This document shows, in pieces, positions 10,905 to 21,247 of a stretch of 64,000 nt of DNA. A model generated the notes under the pieces. It ran no database searches. It saw nothing but the letters and a program-made list of their open reading frames with translations, and was not told the origin of the DNA. The translations under genes and the position numbers were made by a program. Source of the stretch: Bacilli bacterium. GTDB lineage: Bacteria > Bacillota_I > Bacilli_A > RF39 > UBA660. How positions within the stretch are numbered: the first letter of the stretch is position 1; each line of letters starts with the position of its first letter. The stretch spans positions 1,738 through 65,737 of the forward strand of contig JAGCSA010000042.1 of assembly GCA_017964405.1 (NCBI GenBank), in the 5' to 3' direction.

Positions 10905-11174
10905 CTAATAAGACACCTTTTTTGTATTCAATACTTTTTTAGAATACTTTACTACTTTTGTTTTTTTATGATTCTTTTCGATTTCTTTGATACTATGAAT
11001 CATATTGAATCCCAGTAATACTGCGACTAAATAGAAGAAATATCTTTGATCGATCTTTGTTAATACAAAGGCACAACAACAAGCGATAAATCCAAGGATT
11101 GTTAATCCTAATTCTACATAGTCTAATCTCGCTAGTATTTTTGTTTGTTTTTCATTCATACCATTTACCCCCAA
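10905..11174 (-). CDS. small two-TM membrane protein
   Basis: 89 aa with two hydrophobic helices. No family recognised. Confidence 0.4.
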   Translation of the reverse strand: MGVNGMNEKQTKILARLDYVELGLTILGFIACCCAFVLTKIDQRYFFYLVAVLLGFNMIHSIKEIEKNHKKTKVVKYSKKVLNTKKVSY

Positions 11175-11257
11175 TTGGTAGACATATTATATCATATTTT
11201 CCTTATTTTTTCAAGTTTTCCAATCAAAAACTCTCCTATATCTAGGAGAGTTATTAC

Positions 11258-12055
11258 TTATTTTGAAATATAGATGGCACCGGATGCATTATCTCTTCCA
11301 TGGAATGGAAGAATGTATTTTGATAATTTCTTTCTTTTTAATCTTAATGGTATTTGTAGATTCTGATCTTTATATACTGCTTCTTCAATAATTTTTGAAA
11401 GAATCTCTTTCTTTTTATTCGACTCTATTACTTTTTTGATTTTGCGATCGGTAATTAAATCAGTTACTCCATCAGTTAATAATAGTAATACTTCATAATC
11501 ATTCTCAATAATCTGGGTCTTCACATCACAGATATCTTCTGATAATCCGATACAAGATGTGATGATGTTGTTGTTGAAGAAGTATCTTAAATCATCTTTT
11601 CGAACCATTCCATATTTATAATAAAACCATACATCGGAATCATCTTCTGATAATTGAATGAGTTTTTTCTTTTGATAAGAATAGATTCTAGAATCTCCTA
11701 CGTTTGCTAGAACGGTCCCTCTTTTATTCGCAATCGCAAGAGAAAGGGTCGTTCCCGAAACGTTTCTTCCTAGTTTTTGAATAATATCACTATTAATCTT
11801 ATCAATGACTTCATATAATTGGTCTTCTATTTTTTCTAAATTTTCGAATGATTTAGGACTCTTTGCTTTAAACCATTTTTCTAGGGATTTGGCTGTATAA
11901 GAAGATGCAATCTCTCCATGTTCTTTTCCACCCATTCCATCCGCTACTAAAAGAAGGTGAATGTTTTCATCTTTTGGGTGTGTGATTGCTAAAGCAACAT
12001 CTTCATTATTTTTTCGAACCAAACCGATATTGGTTTCTGCTTGTATTGTTTTCAT
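11258..12055 (-). CDS. PP2C-family Ser/Thr protein phosphatase
   Basis: 265 aa. RKNNEDV, LLVADGMGGKEHGEIAS and LLLTDGVTD motifs. Confidence 0.8.
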   Translation of the reverse strand: MKTIQAETNIGLVRKNNEDVALAITHPKDENIHLLLVADGMGGKEHGEIASSYTAKSLEKWFKAKSPKSFENLEKIEDQLYEVIDKINSDIIQKLGRNVSGTTLSLAIANKRGTVLANVGDSRIYSYQKKKLIQLSEDDSDVWFYYKYGMVRKDDLRYFFNNNIITSCIGLSEDICDVKTQIIENDYEVLLLLTDGVTDLITDRKIKKVIESNKKKEILSKIIEEAVYKDQNLQIPLRLKRKKLSKYILPFHGRDNASGAIYISK

Positions 12056-12170
12056 AATTGTACCAACCTGTTTTCTATTATAACACCCAATGTTTTCAAA
12101 GAAAAGAATATCTCGTCAATTTACATTCAATTAACAATTCGGTTTTTATTTTTTACAATTATTATGTCAA

Positions 12171-12193
12171 CAAAAAAAGAGATTTCTCTCTTT
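12171..12193 (-). terminator. intrinsic terminator after asnS
   Basis: AAGAGA-gaaa-TCTCTT followed by a T-run on the minus strand. Confidence 0.6.
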
Positions 12194-13573
12194 CTAATAA
12201 TCACAGTTTCCTGGTGTTCTTGGATAAGGAATCACATCTCTGATATTTTCAATTCCTGTTAGGTACATGATTAATCTTTCAAATCCCATACCAAATCCAG
12301 AGTGAACACATCCTCCAAATTTTCTTAGATTTATATACCAGTCAACAGAATCTACATCGACTCCTAGTTCTTTTGCACGAGATATTAATACATCGTAGTC
12401 ATCTTCCCTTTGAGATCCACCCATTAACTCTCCTGCTCCTGGAACTTGTAAGTCTACTGCTGCTACTGTCTTATTATCTTTATTCACTTTCATATACCAA
12501 GCTTTGATATCTTTTGGCCAATCTGTAATAAAGACAGGTCCATCGAAATGATCCGTAATATACTTCTCATGTTCTTTCGCAATATCTTCTTCATAACTTG
12601 GTTCAAATTCCCATTTTTCTTTGGAAGCTTTTAAAATATCAATGACTTCTCTATGAGTTACTCTTGTAAATTTAGATACTAATAGTTTTTCTAATCTAGC
12701 TTTTAATCCATTTTCTACAAACTTATCACAGAAAATAATTTCTTCTTGGCATCGATCTAGAACATATTTGACAACAAACTTTAACATGTCTTCTTCAATA
12801 TCCATTAATTCATTTAAATCGCAGAATGACATTTCTGGTTCAATCATCCAGAATTCATTTGCATGTGTCTTGGTATTGGAATTTTCTGTACGGAATGTTG
12901 GTCCAAACGTATAAATACGATTGAATGCTAAAGCAAATGTTTCTCCATGTAATTGTCCAGATCCAGTAATATAAGAAGTAGCTCCAAATAAGTCTTTTGA
13001 CATATCTACTTTCTTATCTTCTCCTTTTGGAAGATTATTTAAATCTAATGTCGTAATCTTAAACATTTGGTCTGATCCTTCACAATCTGCTGTTGTAATT
13101 AAAGGAGTGTGAACATACAAATAATTATTGGATTGGAAGTATTCATGAATCGCCATAGCAGCTACACTTCTAATTCTAAATACTGCTTGGAACAAATTGG
13201 TTCTTGGACGAAGGTATGCTTGTTCTCTTAAAAATTCTCTTGAATGTGCTTTTGGTTGCATTGGATAGTCTTCTGGACAATCTCCTAGTAATTCTACAGC
13301 AGTTGCTTGTACTTCAAACTCTTGTCCTTCTTTTGGAGATTCTACTACTTTTCCTTCTACTTTGATAGAGCTACCTACTCTGATCTTTTGAATTTCATCG
13401 AATTCTTTTAATTTGTTATCATATACAATTTGTACATGTTTAAAATAGGTTCCATCTGAAAAATCAATAAAACCAAATTCTTTTTGTTTTCTATGATTTC
13501 GAACCCATCCTTGTAATACTACTTCTTTTCCTATATAGTCTTTTGTTTTTTCAAATAATTCTTTATCGGTCAT
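12194..13573 (-). CDS. asnS: asparagine--tRNA ligase
   Basis: 459 aa. OB-fold N-terminus, class-II core, C-terminal GIENIRDVIPYPRTPGNCDY typical of AsnRS. Confidence 0.85.
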   Translation of the reverse strand: MTDKELFEKTKDYIGKEVVLQGWVRNHRKQKEFGFIDFSDGTYFKHVQIVYDNKLKEFDEIQKIRVGSSIKVEGKVVESPKEGQEFEVQATAVELLGDCPEDYPMQPKAHSREFLREQAYLRPRTNLFQAVFRIRSVAAMAIHEYFQSNNYLYVHTPLITTADCEGSDQMFKITTLDLNNLPKGEDKKVDMSKDLFGATSYITGSGQLHGETFALAFNRIYTFGPTFRTENSNTKTHANEFWMIEPEMSFCDLNELMDIEEDMLKFVVKYVLDRCQEEIIFCDKFVENGLKARLEKLLVSKFTRVTHREVIDILKASKEKWEFEPSYEEDIAKEHEKYITDHFDGPVFITDWPKDIKAWYMKVNKDNKTVAAVDLQVPGAGELMGGSQREDDYDVLISRAKELGVDVDSVDWYINLRKFGGCVHSGFGMGFERLIMYLTGIENIRDVIPYPRTPGNCDY

Positions 13574-13584
13574 TTTGACACCTC

Positions 13585-13977
13585 CTAATCTATATAATAA
13601 TAACTCGCATCCATGGTTGCGGTTAATTTATGATTTTCATCATACATATTGCATCTAGCATAACAGATTGTTTTACCCTCTTTGATAATCTCTGCTTCTG
13701 CTCTTAACTCTTTTCCTACACTGGGTCTTAAATATTGAATCGATGCATTTAATGTTACGACATTCCTTCCGGTTGTCCTAGCAGCAATTCCCATAGCTGT
13801 ATCTCCTAATCCAAAGATAAATCCTCCATGAGCATACTGATAAGGATTCAACGATTCTTCTTTTAAGGGAGCGTTCATGACTACCTTTCCTTTTTGAATT
13901 TCTACTACTTGGTAGTGATTTTGTTTGATGAAACCAGTTGCCTCTATCTTTTGATTAATCATTTCTGCTGTTTCCAT
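13585..13977 (-). CDS. PaaI-type hotdog-fold thioesterase
   Basis: YAHGGFIFGLGDTAMG motif. Start moved to METAEM (RBS GGGAGGAAAG), which removes the overlap with the upstream gene. Confidence 0.65.
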   Translation of the reverse strand: METAEMINQKIEATGFIKQNHYQVVEIQKGKVVMNAPLKEESLNPYQYAHGGFIFGLGDTAMGIAARTTGRNVVTLNASIQYLRPSVGKELRAEAEIIKEGKTICYARCNMYDENHKLTATMDASYYYID

Positions 13978-14008
13978 AAACTTTCCTCCCATTTCATTCA
14001 TTATATCA

Positions 14009-15157
14009 CTATTCTTCAAATAAGCCACTATAATACTTCCAAGCAATGATTCTTATAACGGCCTGATTGATGGTTTCTTCTGATAATTCTCCACTTTCTA
14101 CCGACTCTAACAGTTCATTCTTCATGTTCATAAAATCACTGGTAATAATCATATCATTTCCTGCATTGATGGCAAGAGTGGCAGCTTTCCCATCTTCTAC
14201 ATAACTCTTTACTGCATCCATATCTAAATCATCTGTCATAATAATACCAGTAAATCCTAAGGTATTTCTTAATTCTCCAATTACTTTTTTACTAAGAGAA
14301 GATGGATAATCTTTATCCATAGAAACAACTACATTATGAGAAACTAGAATACTAGGTACTCCTTCTTTGATTCCTGCTTCAAATGGTTTAAAGTCATTCT
14401 CTAAAAAGTTCTCATAACTTCTTTCATCAATCGCAATTCCTGTATGGGTATCTTCATTATTTCCATATCCAGGAAAATGTTTTAAACAAGCATTCATTTC
14501 ATTGTCTTTGGAATAGCCTATCATTTTCTTCACAAACTCCGTTGTCTCTTCTGTTCCTTTTCCAAAAGAACGATTATAAATAAAGTCTTCTTCCTTCGTA
14601 GAGATATCGGCAACAGGTGCTAAATTTAAATTAATTCCTAAACTTTTTAATAATTCTGCTTTTTCTTTTTCTGTCTTTTCTAATAATTCATATCCACCTT
14701 CGTCATAATATTCTCTAGGAGACTTAAATTTTCTTTCTCGATAAGCAATATATTGACTGACTCTTGTGACTTTTCCTCCTTCTTCATCTACTGCGATGAT
14801 TAAAGGATATTTACTCGTTTCTTGATCTTTTTTAATCTCTTCTGTGATTGATTCTTTTGTATCATTTTGAAAGTCTTTCGCAAATAACAAATATCCTCCT
14901 GGATAGAAATTATTCAAATACTCTACATCATTTTCATTATATCGAACTAGGAATAATTGCCCTATTTTTTCTTGTAGAGTCATTTCTTTTACTACTTTTA
15001 GGGCTTCCTCATAATAGTCTTTAAAAATTCCTTCTTCTATCGTTTTATCGGTTATTTCTATTTTTTTCTCTTTTGGACGATTATAATAAATCAAACCTCC
15101 TACTACAGCGATTAGGATGATGAATAATAAGAATTTCCATTTTTTCTTTAATTTCAT
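14009..15157 (-). CDS. glycoside hydrolase family 3 beta-N-acetylhexosaminidase (NagZ-like), membrane-anchored
   Basis: 382 aa. KHFPGYGNNEDTHTG motif and an N-terminal TM helix. Confidence 0.75.
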   Translation of the reverse strand: MKLKKKWKFLLFIILIAVVGGLIYYNRPKEKKIEITDKTIEEGIFKDYYEEALKVVKEMTLQEKIGQLFLVRYNENDVEYLNNFYPGGYLLFAKDFQNDTKESITEEIKKDQETSKYPLIIAVDEEGGKVTRVSQYIAYRERKFKSPREYYDEGGYELLEKTEKEKAELLKSLGINLNLAPVADISTKEEDFIYNRSFGKGTEETTEFVKKMIGYSKDNEMNACLKHFPGYGNNEDTHTGIAIDERSYENFLENDFKPFEAGIKEGVPSILVSHNVVVSMDKDYPSSLSKKVIGELRNTLGFTGIIMTDDLDMDAVKSYVEDGKAATLAINAGNDMIITSDFMNMKNELLESVESGELSEETINQAVIRIIAWKYYSGLFEE

Positions 15158-15165
15158 AAATACTC

Positions 15166-16014
15166 CTATTTCATGATTCGTTTGAATTCACTTGGAACAG
15201 GTGTTTCCCAAAGAATTTCTTTTCGAATCTCTGGATAATACATCTTCAAGCGATTGGCATGTAAATATAGACGATTTTCTGTTTCTTTTCGATTACTATA
15301 TTTTTTATCTCCTACGATTGGATGATTGATGGAAGAAAGAGCTACTCTGATTTGATTTTTTCTACCCGTCTCGATTGTAATTTTTAATAGAGAATACTCT
15401 TCTGTTTTCTTCAATACTTCATTGTTTGTAATGGCTTCTTTTCCCTCTTTATTCTTCGCAACATACACTAGATTTGTCTTTGTTTCATTTAGGTATTGCA
15501 CAATTTGATCTTTTTCTTTTTCTACTGCTCCATGCACAACAGCTACATATTCTCTTAATGATACATATTCATTCCAATGTTCTTGTAGTTGATTCTTTGT
15601 CTTTTCATCTTTGGCAAAGATAACAATTCCACTGGTATCTTTATCTAGACGATGGACAATAAAGATCTTTGCATTCTTATTTTTATCAGCCATATATTCT
15701 CTTACAATATGATATAGAGTTCTTTCTTTTTCTTTTTCTGTTGCGATTGTTAGTAATCCACTTGGTTTATTCACAACAATCATATGACTATCTTCAAATA
15801 AAATATCAAAAGGAAGAGTCTTTGTACTTTTAGAATCGGTTGTAATTACAATATTCATACCAGGTACTACTTTTTCATTATACTGTGTTGTCTTTCGATT
15901 ATTGATGTAGATGGATCCATGTGTTAAATATTGTTTGATTCTTTTCTTTGGCATCTCTAGATGACTATATAAGTAATCTAGAAGTTCTCCTTCTTTTTCT
16001 ACGATTAATTTCAC
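15166..16014 (-). CDS. RluA-family pseudouridine synthase with S4-like domain
   Basis: 282 aa. HRLDKDTSGIVIFAKD catalytic-Asp motif. Confidence 0.8.
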   Translation of the reverse strand: MKLIVEKEGELLDYLYSHLEMPKKRIKQYLTHGSIYINNRKTTQYNEKVVPGMNIVITTDSKSTKTLPFDILFEDSHMIVVNKPSGLLTIATEKEKERTLYHIVREYMADKNKNAKIFIVHRLDKDTSGIVIFAKDEKTKNQLQEHWNEYVSLREYVAVVHGAVEKEKDQIVQYLNETKTNLVYVAKNKEGKEAITNNEVLKKTEEYSLLKITIETGRKNQIRVALSSINHPIVGDKKYSNRKETENRLYLHANRLKMYYPEIRKEILWETPVPSEFKRIMK

Positions 16015-16090
16015 GAGATCCCCTCCTTACATATATAGATATTATAACGTATATTTATTGTTCCTACAAATAAAAAATAAGGATTTCTCC

Positions 16091-16753
16091 TTATTTTATT
16101 TCTTTTTTTATGACGAATTCTACTCCTTTTTGTAGATTGGATTTTGTTAGAAAACTTGTTTTTTCTTTTAATCCTTTTGGAGCATTTCTTACGACATAGA
16201 TTTTATACTTTTCTTCTAATAATTCTTTTTCGGATTCATTTCCGATGATTCCTAATAGATTTTCTTCTTTTAAATCTTGGATGGTAGAAGAATAAGAATT
16301 CTTTGTAATTTCCAAGAAGAATTCTTTATTTCTTTGAAAGATAGAAGTATGGTACTGGGATACAATATTTTTCTTAATTCCTTTTACTTCTACTTTGTAT
16401 ACTTTATCTTCTGGTAGTTCTGTCCAAGATGCATTTTCTGTATAATAGATGATTTCTTTTTTTTCATATTTCTTTTGAATCTCTAATAATTCTTCTTTGG
16501 TAAAAGAATCATATAATTTCTTTTGATTTTCTTTTACATCATATAAAATACTTCCATTTAGTGCAATTACATAATCAATAAATGGATAATCTTGATTATA
16601 ATACAAAACATCTTCTAATAGGCGATTGGTTAGAATTGTTAGTTTAATTTCTTTTTGTTTTATACGATCTAACTCCAACATGGTTGATGTTGGAATCGCA
16701 TCTTCTTCATCAATTAACGTATTATAAAAACTACAAACTATCATCTTTATCAT
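16091..16753 (-). CDS. HAD/Cof-like hydrolase-fold protein with degenerate motif I
   Basis: Start at MIKMIV (RBS AGGGGGA). Overall Cof-like layout, but the first motif reads SFYNTLID instead of DxDGT. Confidence 0.45.
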   Translation of the reverse strand: MIKMIVCSFYNTLIDEEDAIPTSTMLELDRIKQKEIKLTILTNRLLEDVLYYNQDYPFIDYVIALNGSILYDVKENQKKLYDSFTKEELLEIQKKYEKKEIIYYTENASWTELPEDKVYKVEVKGIKKNIVSQYHTSIFQRNKEFFLEITKNSYSSTIQDLKEENLLGIIGNESEKELLEEKYKIYVVRNAPKGLKEKTSFLTKSNLQKGVEFVIKKEIK

Positions 16754-17366
16754 TTTTCGATTCCCCCTTAAAATGATCCCTGACAAGTGAAATAACGATT
16801 AATAAAATAAATAGAGATAGACAGTATCCTCCTAAAACATCACTTGGATAATGAACTCCTACATAAATTCTACTGAATCCAATCAGTAAGATCAGGATTG
16901 TTAATAGAATCGTCCAAAAGACTTTCCAATTCTTTTTCTTTAATTTTGTCCATACAAAGTAAATTAATACTCCTCCCATACAAAGAGAAATCATCGAATG
17001 TCCACTTGGGAAGGAAAATCCTCCTTGTGAAATTAAATGAATGTCTAGGGGAGGTCTTGGTCTTTCTATCATGTGTTTGATTCCTTGATTTAATCCTACT
17101 GTTGCGGCAACGGATGATAAAATAAGGATTCTATCTCTCCACTGATAAAATGCTAATAATAAAATAATGGTAATTATAATTACTGGGATGGTATCTCCTA
17201 TATGAGTAAAATTGGTAAAGAATGCTGTTAGAAGGGGATTTCTTAGATTTAATACCCCATCTCCTATCATAGTATCAAAACTTGTTATCTCATTTGTTAA
17301 AACAAGAATCGTTATGATTAAAAATCCTATCAAAGAAAGACAGGCTATTGTCATTCTTTTGGTCAT
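16731..17366 (-). CDS. PAP2-family membrane phosphatase (undecaprenyl-diphosphatase-like)
   Basis: 211 aa. KxxxxxxRP, PSGHS and SRIYVGVHYPSD motifs. Polytopic. Confidence 0.75.
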   Translation of the reverse strand: MTKRMTIACLSLIGFLIITILVLTNEITSFDTMIGDGVLNLRNPLLTAFFTNFTHIGDTIPVIIITIILLLAFYQWRDRILILSSVAATVGLNQGIKHMIERPRPPLDIHLISQGGFSFPSGHSMISLCMGGVLIYFVWTKLKKKNWKVFWTILLTILILLIGFSRIYVGVHYPSDVLGGYCLSLFILLIVISLVRDHFKGESKNDKDDSL

Positions 17367-17370
17367 TCTA

Positions 17371-18564
17371 TCACTCTCCTAGTGATTCTCTTACTTCCTT
17401 TTTATATACTTCTACTCCAGGTTGATTGAATGGTTCTATTCCAAATAAGTATCCAGAATAGGCAGCTGCTAATTGAAAGAAATAAATTAAGGAAGCAACT
17501 GTTTCTAAATCTAATTCTTGCATGATTATTTCTAGACAAGGAACATTTCCACTGAAATGAGCTCTCATAACAGAGTCTTCTACTAGATTATTAATATCAT
17601 GTAGTTTTCTTCCTTCATACTCTATATAATCATCCATTTCTTCTACTTTTAAGAATGTTTCAAATAGGATTTTATTTCCTTCTTGTACAAATTGTCCTAA
17701 AGAATGTAAATCTCTCGTATGAACCGTAGAAGTTGGGAAGATTCCTACTCCTTCTTTTCCTTCTGTTTCTCCAAAAAGTTGTTTTAACCATTCTGTAAAG
17801 AATTCCATATTTTCTTCATAAACACAGAAATTTTCTACTACTTTTCCTTTTTGAAATAATAGATATCGAGTAACAGCATATTGATAAGCTACATCTTCTA
17901 ATCTTTTTCCATGATAATATCCAGATACGATTTCATCTAAATCATAGTTTAGAGCTAATGGTAATAAATGAGCAGGAGTCATAAAAGAATATCTTCCCCC
18001 AATATTATTGGGAATTACAAAGGAAGCATATCCCATTTCATTGACTTCTTCTCTTAAAGAACCTTTTTCTTTATCCGTTGTTACAATGATATGTCTTTTA
18101 TATTCGGACTCATCATATTTTCTTTTTAATAAATCTTTTAATAACTTATAGGTAATTGTTGTTTCCATAGTTGTTCCACTTTTACTGATTACATTGATAC
18201 AGAAATTCTTTTCTTTTAAGTAATTCATTAATTCATCTAAATACTTACTAGATAGTGTTGTTCCCGCATAGATGACTTCAAAATGATTTCCACCAAAGTA
18301 ATTTTGAAACATTTTATCAAATGCATAACTTCCTAAGAAAGATCCACCAATTCCAATCACTACTAAACAATCAAAATTGTTTTTGATATAATTGGCTGTC
18401 TCTTTTATTTTCCAAAGCAAGTTTTCTTCGATTCTCTCTGTCCATCCTATCATGTCACTTTGTGAAAACTTATCTGTGATCTCTTTCTTTCGATTCATAA
18501 GGGCTTGGTATTGTCCTTCTTCTATCCACTGATCTGTATATGTATTGAAATCAAATTTAATCAT
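17371..18564 (-). CDS. pgi: glucose-6-phosphate isomerase
   Basis: VVIGIGGSFLG, ISKSGTTMET and LFGETEGKEG motifs. Start at MIKFDF. Ends GAG TGA TAG, so TGA acts as a real stop here. Confidence 0.85.
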   Translation of the reverse strand: MIKFDFNTYTDQWIEEGQYQALMNRKKEITDKFSQSDMIGWTERIEENLLWKIKETANYIKNNFDCLVVIGIGGSFLGSYAFDKMFQNYFGGNHFEVIYAGTTLSSKYLDELMNYLKEKNFCINVISKSGTTMETTITYKLLKDLLKRKYDESEYKRHIIVTTDKEKGSLREEVNEMGYASFVIPNNIGGRYSFMTPAHLLPLALNYDLDEIVSGYYHGKRLEDVAYQYAVTRYLLFQKGKVVENFCVYEENMEFFTEWLKQLFGETEGKEGVGIFPTSTVHTRDLHSLGQFVQEGNKILFETFLKVEEMDDYIEYEGRKLHDINNLVEDSVMRAHFSGNVPCLEIIMQELDLETVASLIYFFQLAAAYSGYLFGIEPFNQPGVEVYKKEVRESLGE

Positions 18565-18631
18565 CCTTCTCACTCTCCTATACACTCATTATATCATAGT
18601 TTTTCAAAATAAAAAGGAGAAGTCTTTCTCC

Positions 18632-19840
18632 TTATTGGTTGAATTCCATGGTACCATCCATATTGATATGAAGGGTTATGGTTCCGTTTGTTGTATAATA
18701 TGTCTTTTGATAATCAGGGGATGTATTCTTAATTCTATTTAACGATACTTTGGACAATTCTTTTGTATTCGTCATAATGACATATTCTGGTTTTAAAATA
18801 CTCAGTGCTTCTAAACTATTATTATAGGATATATATCCATGATGAGCTGCTTTATAGACATCGATGTCCCCTACTTCTTTTGCTGTTTTGGTCTCTTGTT
18901 TTTTATCAAAATAATCTCCTATATCGGATGCAAAATAGACTTTTTTATGATTGATAGTTGCTACCAATGTCATACTATTGGCATTCTCTACGCGAGAACG
19001 ATCGAGTCCATCGACTCCTTTTGCGTTCACAAATTCTGTATTATATAAATCCAAATGCATGTAACCTAATTCCATACTTTGACAGAGCTCTTCTTTCACA
19101 TCACAGATGGTTGTTCCTTTTTCTTCGGCTTCTTTGATCATCGAAAGATACGTGGGAACATAATTAGAATTCACATTCCCTGGATTTTTAATATACAATG
19201 TCTTTACAGGGATGCTTGACATTATTTTACTGTATCCTCCCATGTGATCTAGATGGGCATGGGTAATGACTAAAAAGTCCAATTCTTCTGCTCCTAAGGC
19301 CTTTAACTGCTTTACAATAAAGTCTGCTTTGGAATTATAACTGGTATCAATCAAACCAAAATGTCCTTGATCTTGTAGGATAAATGATTCTGTTCCTGCT
19401 CCTACATTTAAGAAATAAATCATATTTCCAGGGGCTTCTAGGTCTTCTTCATCGCTGTTCTCTTCTGTGATTTCGATTCCTTCTTCTAGATCCATGTCTT
19501 CTTCTTTTAGACTGTCTCTCGGATCTTTTTCTATGATTTCAGAAGGTAATACATCCTTTGCTTGTATGGCCTTCAATTCCTCTTCTTCTAAACAAATTTC
19601 ATATTCTTTTTGTATCTTGGAAGAGAAAATGGACAGTCCTATGGAGATACTAAAAAAAATTCCTAATACGATATATCCTATTACGAATGGTTTGATTTTC
19701 TTATTCTTTCTTTTTCTTAGGAATACTACTATCCATAATAATAGTGTTAACCCTAAAAGAACGATTCCTATTTGATTCACAAGATTTCTATTATTGAATA
19801 AAAAATAAGATAAATTGTTATCATTACAGATTGTATTCAT
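18632..19840 (-). CDS. membrane-anchored MBL-fold metallohydrolase (ComEC C-terminal-domain-like)
   Basis: 402 aa. Two N-terminal TM helices and a VITHAHLDHMGG motif. Confidence 0.65.
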   Translation of the reverse strand: MNTICNDNNLSYFLFNNRNLVNQIGIVLLGLTLLLWIVVFLRKRKNKKIKPFVIGYIVLGIFFSISIGLSIFSSKIQKEYEICLEEEELKAIQAKDVLPSEIIEKDPRDSLKEEDMDLEEGIEITEENSDEEDLEAPGNMIYFLNVGAGTESFILQDQGHFGLIDTSYNSKADFIVKQLKALGAEELDFLVITHAHLDHMGGYSKIMSSIPVKTLYIKNPGNVNSNYVPTYLSMIKEAEEKGTTICDVKEELCQSMELGYMHLDLYNTEFVNAKGVDGLDRSRVENANSMTLVATINHKKVYFASDIGDYFDKKQETKTAKEVGDIDVYKAAHHGYISYNNSLEALSILKPEYVIMTNTKELSKVSLNRIKNTSPDYQKTYYTTNGTITLHINMDGTMEFNQ

Positions 19841-19894
19841 AGAATCTCCTTCTCGTTTATTATAGCATAAAAAAAGATAACGCTTGTTATCTTC

Positions 19895-20704
19895 TTACTT
19901 CTTTTCTTCTTCTGGTTGTGGATTTTTTTGCGCCATAATATAATTTCTTCTCGCATTATATTTACTTTCAAATTCTTGATATTCTTTTTTTACATTTCTT
20001 GGTAGTCGATAATACGATATCACTGGTTTTCCATAGTTATTGGTTGCTCCTGTTGCATACTTTTTATCTTCCTTAATATATTTTACAGTCTGAAGCATAC
20101 TATTAATCATAACTAATTCTATATTCTCATTGTCAAAGATTAAAGAATATAAAAATTCTTGATTATTGGCACAGGCTCTTAATTGTGCAATCATCTGCAT
20201 CATACGATCTGCATTGACAAGTCCTGTTTGAAATTGATTCATGATTTTGGCAGCAACGGTTGCGATGACATAGTTACACTCTAATATGGAACTATTAATT
20301 CTATCCTTGCTTTTTTCTTTGGATAGAATCTTATAAGCATTTTTCATTGCATTCACAGCAGAAATAATATCAAAATTTGGATATTCCATTAATAAGGTTT
20401 TACATAATCCTTTTCTTAAGATTGCACAATAATTTTCTGGATCAAGTTCACAAATTCTAGAATATTGATTATAGGCTTCATCATATTCCCTATCTTGATA
20501 ATGCATGTCTGCTAATTTCATTAGATTCTCTACTTGTGGTAAATTTTTAATAGACACTTCTCCTGAAATTTCTATTTTGTATTTTGCAATCGCATCTTCT
20601 ACGATAATTTTCGATTTACAAAACTCGCATTTTGTAGAATCACTATCTTTATCAACATCAATTTGTGCTCCGCAATTCGGACACTTGGCCGCTACTAATT
20701 TCAT
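19895..20704 (-). CDS. zinc-ribbon plus TPR-like protein, function unknown
   Basis: CPNCG...CEFC N-terminal ribbon and a helical-repeat C-terminus. Confidence 0.45.
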   Translation of the reverse strand: MKLVAAKCPNCGAQIDVDKDSDSTKCEFCKSKIIVEDAIAKYKIEISGEVSIKNLPQVENLMKLADMHYQDREYDEAYNQYSRICELDPENYCAILRKGLCKTLLMEYPNFDIISAVNAMKNAYKILSKEKSKDRINSSILECNYVIATVAAKIMNQFQTGLVNADRMMQMIAQLRACANNQEFLYSLIFDNENIELVMINSMLQTVKYIKEDKKYATGATNNYGKPVISYYRLPRNVKKEYQEFESKYNARRNYIMAQKNPQPEEEKK

Positions 20705-20725
20705 AACATCACCTATTTCATTATA

Positions 20726-21190
20726 TCACTTTTTATTTCCTTCTTGGATAATTGCTTCATAAATTAAGTCTACTAAATGATCAGATGGTTCCAGATGATA
20801 TTTTTTCTTTATTGTTTCAAATACATCTACGGATTCTTCTAGATCTAAGTATGGGTAAACAAGTTCTTGTTGATTCTCTAGTTCCTTTAAATACTCTCTT
20901 GTATATGTATCATTCAGTAATAGAAGTGGGTATCCTTTCGACCATTGTTTAAATTTTTCTAATATAAAATAAATATTGTTGACGTAGGTAAAACTCTTTT
21001 TATCATATTGAATGAATCTTTTTAAATCTTCATTTTCAATAAAATGGTCTTCTACTCGATAATCAAATCGATCTTGTAATTCGATTCCCTTTAATTTTAA
21101 AGCACTGATTTGTGCAATAAAACCTTTGTCTTTTTCACTATGCGTAGGAATTACTTCTACAATAATATATTTCTCTTTTTGTAAATTCAT
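20726..21190 (-). CDS. hypothetical protein
   Basis: 154-aa clean ORF with no motif recognised. A faint DEDD-exonuclease-like N-terminus lacks the acidic residues. Confidence 0.35.
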   Translation of the reverse strand: MNLQKEKYIIVEVIPTHSEKDKGFIAQISALKLKGIELQDRFDYRVEDHFIENEDLKRFIQYDKKSFTYVNNIYFILEKFKQWSKGYPLLLLNDTYTREYLKELENQQELVYPYLDLEESVDVFETIKKKYHLEPSDHLVDLIYEAIIQEGNKK

Positions 21191-21247
21191 CGGATCACTT
21201 CCATTTGAACAAATTATAACATAAAAAAAGAAGATTTCTCTTCTTTT

